DNA from: Mycobacterium tuberculosis H37Rv
GTDB taxonomy: Bacteria > Actinomycetota > Actinomycetes > Mycobacteriales > Mycobacteriaceae
DNA: 32,000 nt
Reading direction: 5' to 3'
Assembly: GCF_000195955.2 (NCBI RefSeq)
Contig: NC_000962.3
Span: 2,730,001-2,762,000 of the forward strand
Shown here: positions 29,780-32,000 of the stretch, in pieces
How positions within the stretch are numbered: the first letter of the stretch is position 1
Layout: every line of letters starts with the position of its first letter
The notes under the pieces: model-generated
Told to the model about the DNA's origin: nothing
The model's database searches: none
The model's input: only the letters and a program-made list of their open reading frames with translations
Position numbers and translations under genes: made by a program

Positions 29780-30687
29780 TGGAATTGGTCAGCGATTCCG
29801 TGCTGATCAGCGATGGCGGCCTGGCCACCGAGCTTGAGGCGCGCGGTCACGACCTGTCCGACCCGTTGTGGTCGGCGCGGCTGCTGGTGGACGCTCCGCA
29901 CGCGATCACCGCGGTGCATACCGCGTACTTTCGCGCTGGGGCCCAGATTGCCACGACTGCCAGCTACCAGGCCTCGTTCGAGGGCTTCGCGGCGCGCGGC
30001 ATAGGTCATGACGACGCCACCGTGCTGCTGCGCCGCAGCGTCGAACTCGCCCAGGCTGCGCGCGACGAGGTCGGCGTTGGCGGTCTATCGGTCGCAGCCT
30101 CGGTCGGGCCATACGGCGCCGCGCTGGCTGACGGATCCGAATACCGCGGATACTACGGCCTGTCCGTCGCAGCCTTGATGAAGTGGCATCTGCCACGGCT
30201 CGAGGTGCTAGTCGATGCCGGCGCTGACATGCTCGCCCTGGAAACCATCCCCGATATCGACGAAGCCGAAGCGCTGGTCAACCTGGTGCGGCGGTTGGCT
30301 ACGCCGGCCTGGCTCAGCTACACGATCAACGGGACGCGGACTCGCGCCGGGCAACCGCTCACCGACGCGTTTGCGGTGGCCGCAGGAGTTCCCGAGATCG
30401 TCGCCGTCGGCGTCAACTGCTGCGCACCCGACGACGTGTTGCCGGCCATCGCTTTCGCCGTCGCCCACACAGGCAAACCGGTGATCGTGTACCCGAACAG
30501 CGGTGAGGGTTGGGATGGTCGGCGCCGCGCCTGGGTAGGTCCGCGGCGGTTTTCCGGATCTTCCGGGCAGCTTGCGCGGGAATGGGTTGCGGCGGGCGCG
30601 CGCATCGTGGGCGGATGCTGCCGAGTACGGCCGATCGATATTGCCGAAATCGGGCGAGCGCTGACCACCGCGCCGCCCCGAGGCTGA
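29779..30687 (+). CDS. mmuM: Homocysteine S-methyltransferase
   Basis: VLISDGGLATELEARGHDLSDPLWSARLL, ...ETIPDIDEAEAL, VGVNCCAPDDVLPAI, IVGGCCRVRPIDIAEI (Zn-binding Cys motifs); 302 aa. Confidence 0.93.
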   Translation: MELVSDSVLISDGGLATELEARGHDLSDPLWSARLLVDAPHAITAVHTAYFRAGAQIATTASYQASFEGFAARGIGHDDATVLLRRSVELAQAARDEVGVGGLSVAASVGPYGAALADGSEYRGYYGLSVAALMKWHLPRLEVLVDAGADMLALETIPDIDEAEALVNLVRRLATPAWLSYTINGTRTRAGQPLTDAFAVAAGVPEIVAVGVNCCAPDDVLPAIAFAVAHTGKPVIVYPNSGEGWDGRRRAWVGPRRFSGSSGQLAREWVAAGARIVGGCCRVRPIDIAEIGRALTTAPPRG

Positions 30688-30763
30688 AAGCGAAAATTGC
30701 CTCTACTGCCTCATCGAGGCGTTACCTAGGGTTAGTTCTTGTGACCGCGAAGCCCGGCTACGC

Positions 30764-32000
30764 ATGAGTAAGAACCGCATTATGGGCAACCAACCGGAGA
30801 AGTCAGATGTGACTGCGGCACCCGACACCGTGGAGGGCGATTCCCACACTGCAATGACACCGCGCCAGCGGCTGACCGTGTTGGCAACGGGGCTGGGCAT
30901 CTTCATGGTGTTCGTGGACGTCAACATCGTCAATGTCGCATTGCCCAGCATCCAAAAGGTGTTTCACACGGGCGAACAAGGTCTGCAGTGGGCGGTCGCC
31001 GGGTACAGCCTGGGCATGGCGGCCGTGCTGATGAGTTGCGCCCTGCTGGGCGATCGCTACGGTCGCAGGCGCAGTTTTGTGTTCGGGGTCACGCTCTTCG
31101 TCGTGAGCTCTATTGTCTGTGTGCTACCGGTCAGCCTGGCAGTTTTCACGGTCGCACGAGTGATCCAAGGTTTAGGAGCGGCGTTCATCTCAGTGCTCTC
31201 GCTGGCCTTGCTAAGCCACTCCTTTCCCAATCCCCGAATGAAAGCACGGGCGATATCCAACTGGATGGCCATAGGCATGGTCGGTGCGGCATCTGCCCCC
31301 GCGCTGGGCGGGCTCATGGTCGACGGCCTCGGTTGGCGCAGCGTGTTCCTGGTGAACGTTCCGCTCGGTGCCATCGTGTGGCTGCTGACGCTAGTCGGTG
31401 TCGACGAGTCACAGGATCCCGAGCCCACTCAACTCGACTGGGTGGGACAGCTGACGCTTATCCCGGCCGTCGCCCTGATCGCATACACCATCATCGAGGC
31501 TCCCCGGTTCGACCGGCAGTCCGCCGGGTTCGTGGCGGCGTTGCTGTTAGCGGCTGGGGTACTGCTGTGGCTGTTTGTTCGACACGAACACCGCGCCGCT
31601 TTCCCGTTGGTCGATCTCAAACTGTTCGCCGAGCCGTTGTACCGATCGGTGCTGATCGTCTACTTCGTGGTGATGTCCTGCTTTTTCGGGACTCTGATGG
31701 TGATCACCCAGCACTTCCAAAATGTGCGCGACCTATCGCCGCTGCACGCGGGTTTGATGATGTTGCCGGTCCCCGCGGGATTCGGGGTGGCGAGTCTGCT
31801 GGCGGGTAGGGCGGTCAACAAATGGGGTCCTCAGCTCCCGGTGCTGACGTGCCTGGCGGCCATGTTCATCGGGTTGGCGATTTTCGCGATCTCGATGGAC
31901 CACGCGCATCCAGTGGCCCTTGTTGGCCTGACGATCTTTGGCGCGGGAGCCGGCGGCTGCGCCACACCGCTGTTGCATCTTGGAATGACCAAGGTCGATG
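30764..32000 (+). CDS. MFS multidrug-type (DHA2/EmrB-QacA-like) exporter, 3' end beyond window
   Basis: Open frame from ATG 30764 (also ATG 30782, GTG 30809 possible) to the window end: TPRQRLTVLATGLGIFMVFVDVNIVNVALPSIQKVFHTGEQGLQWAVAGYSLGMAAVLMSCALLGDRYGRRRSF...; not in the supplied ORF track because it is truncated. Corresponds to Rv2459 from memory. Confidence 0.93.
   Translation, partial: MSKNRIMGNQPEKSDVTAAPDTVEGDSHTAMTPRQRLTVLATGLGIFMVFVDVNIVNVALPSIQKVFHTGEQGLQWAVAGYSLGMAAVLMSCALLGDRYGRRRSFVFGVTLFVVSSIVCVLPVSLAVFTVARVIQGLGAAFISVLSLALLSHSFPNPRMKARAISNWMAIGMVGAASAPALGGLMVDGLGWRSVFLVNVPLGAIVWLLTLVGVDESQDPEPTQLDWVGQLTLIPAVALIAYTIIEAPRFDRQSAGFVAALLLAAGVLLWLFVRHEHRAAFPLVDLKLFAEPLYRSVLIVYFVVMSCFFGTLMVITQHFQNVRDLSPLHAGLMMLPVPAGFGVASLLAGRAVNKWGPQLPVLTCLAAMFIGLAIFAISMDHAHPVALVGLTIFGAGAGGCATPLLHLGMTKVD

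Overview
The window looks like a vertically inherited core-genome segment from the Mycobacterium tuberculosis complex (very high GC, matching the Rv2434c-Rv2459 gene order; this is recognised from memory, not from a database search). Gene order: MscS-like channel (partial), degenerate Cache/HAMP/class III cyclase, rbsK, an isoprenylcysteine-methyltransferase-like ORF, nadE, proB-obg-rpmA-rplU, dctA, rne, ndkA, small membrane protein, folC, valS, saccharopine-dehydrogenase-like protein, rpfE, an AT-richer spacer with doubtful small ORFs, mobA, korB-korA (2-oxoacid:ferredoxin oxidoreductase), MFS transporter, clpX, mmuM-like methyltransferase, and a 3'-truncated MFS transporter. I found no CRISPR, prophage, IS element, tRNA/rRNA or defence island, and nothing that supports a wholly new system. 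The best leads are: (1) an in-frame TGA that splits an otherwise continuous, well-initiated methyltransferase gene downstream of rbsK; (2) a perfect 19-2-19 palindrome between the divergent rplU and dctA promoters, with an extra matching arm; (3) a perfect 23-2-23 palindrome after rpfE; (4) a receptor-like cyclase lacking several canonical catalytic residues; (5) predicted leaderless starts, including an 8-codon ORF whose stop overlaps the start of the last transporter gene; (6) a compositionally odd spacer near mobA.
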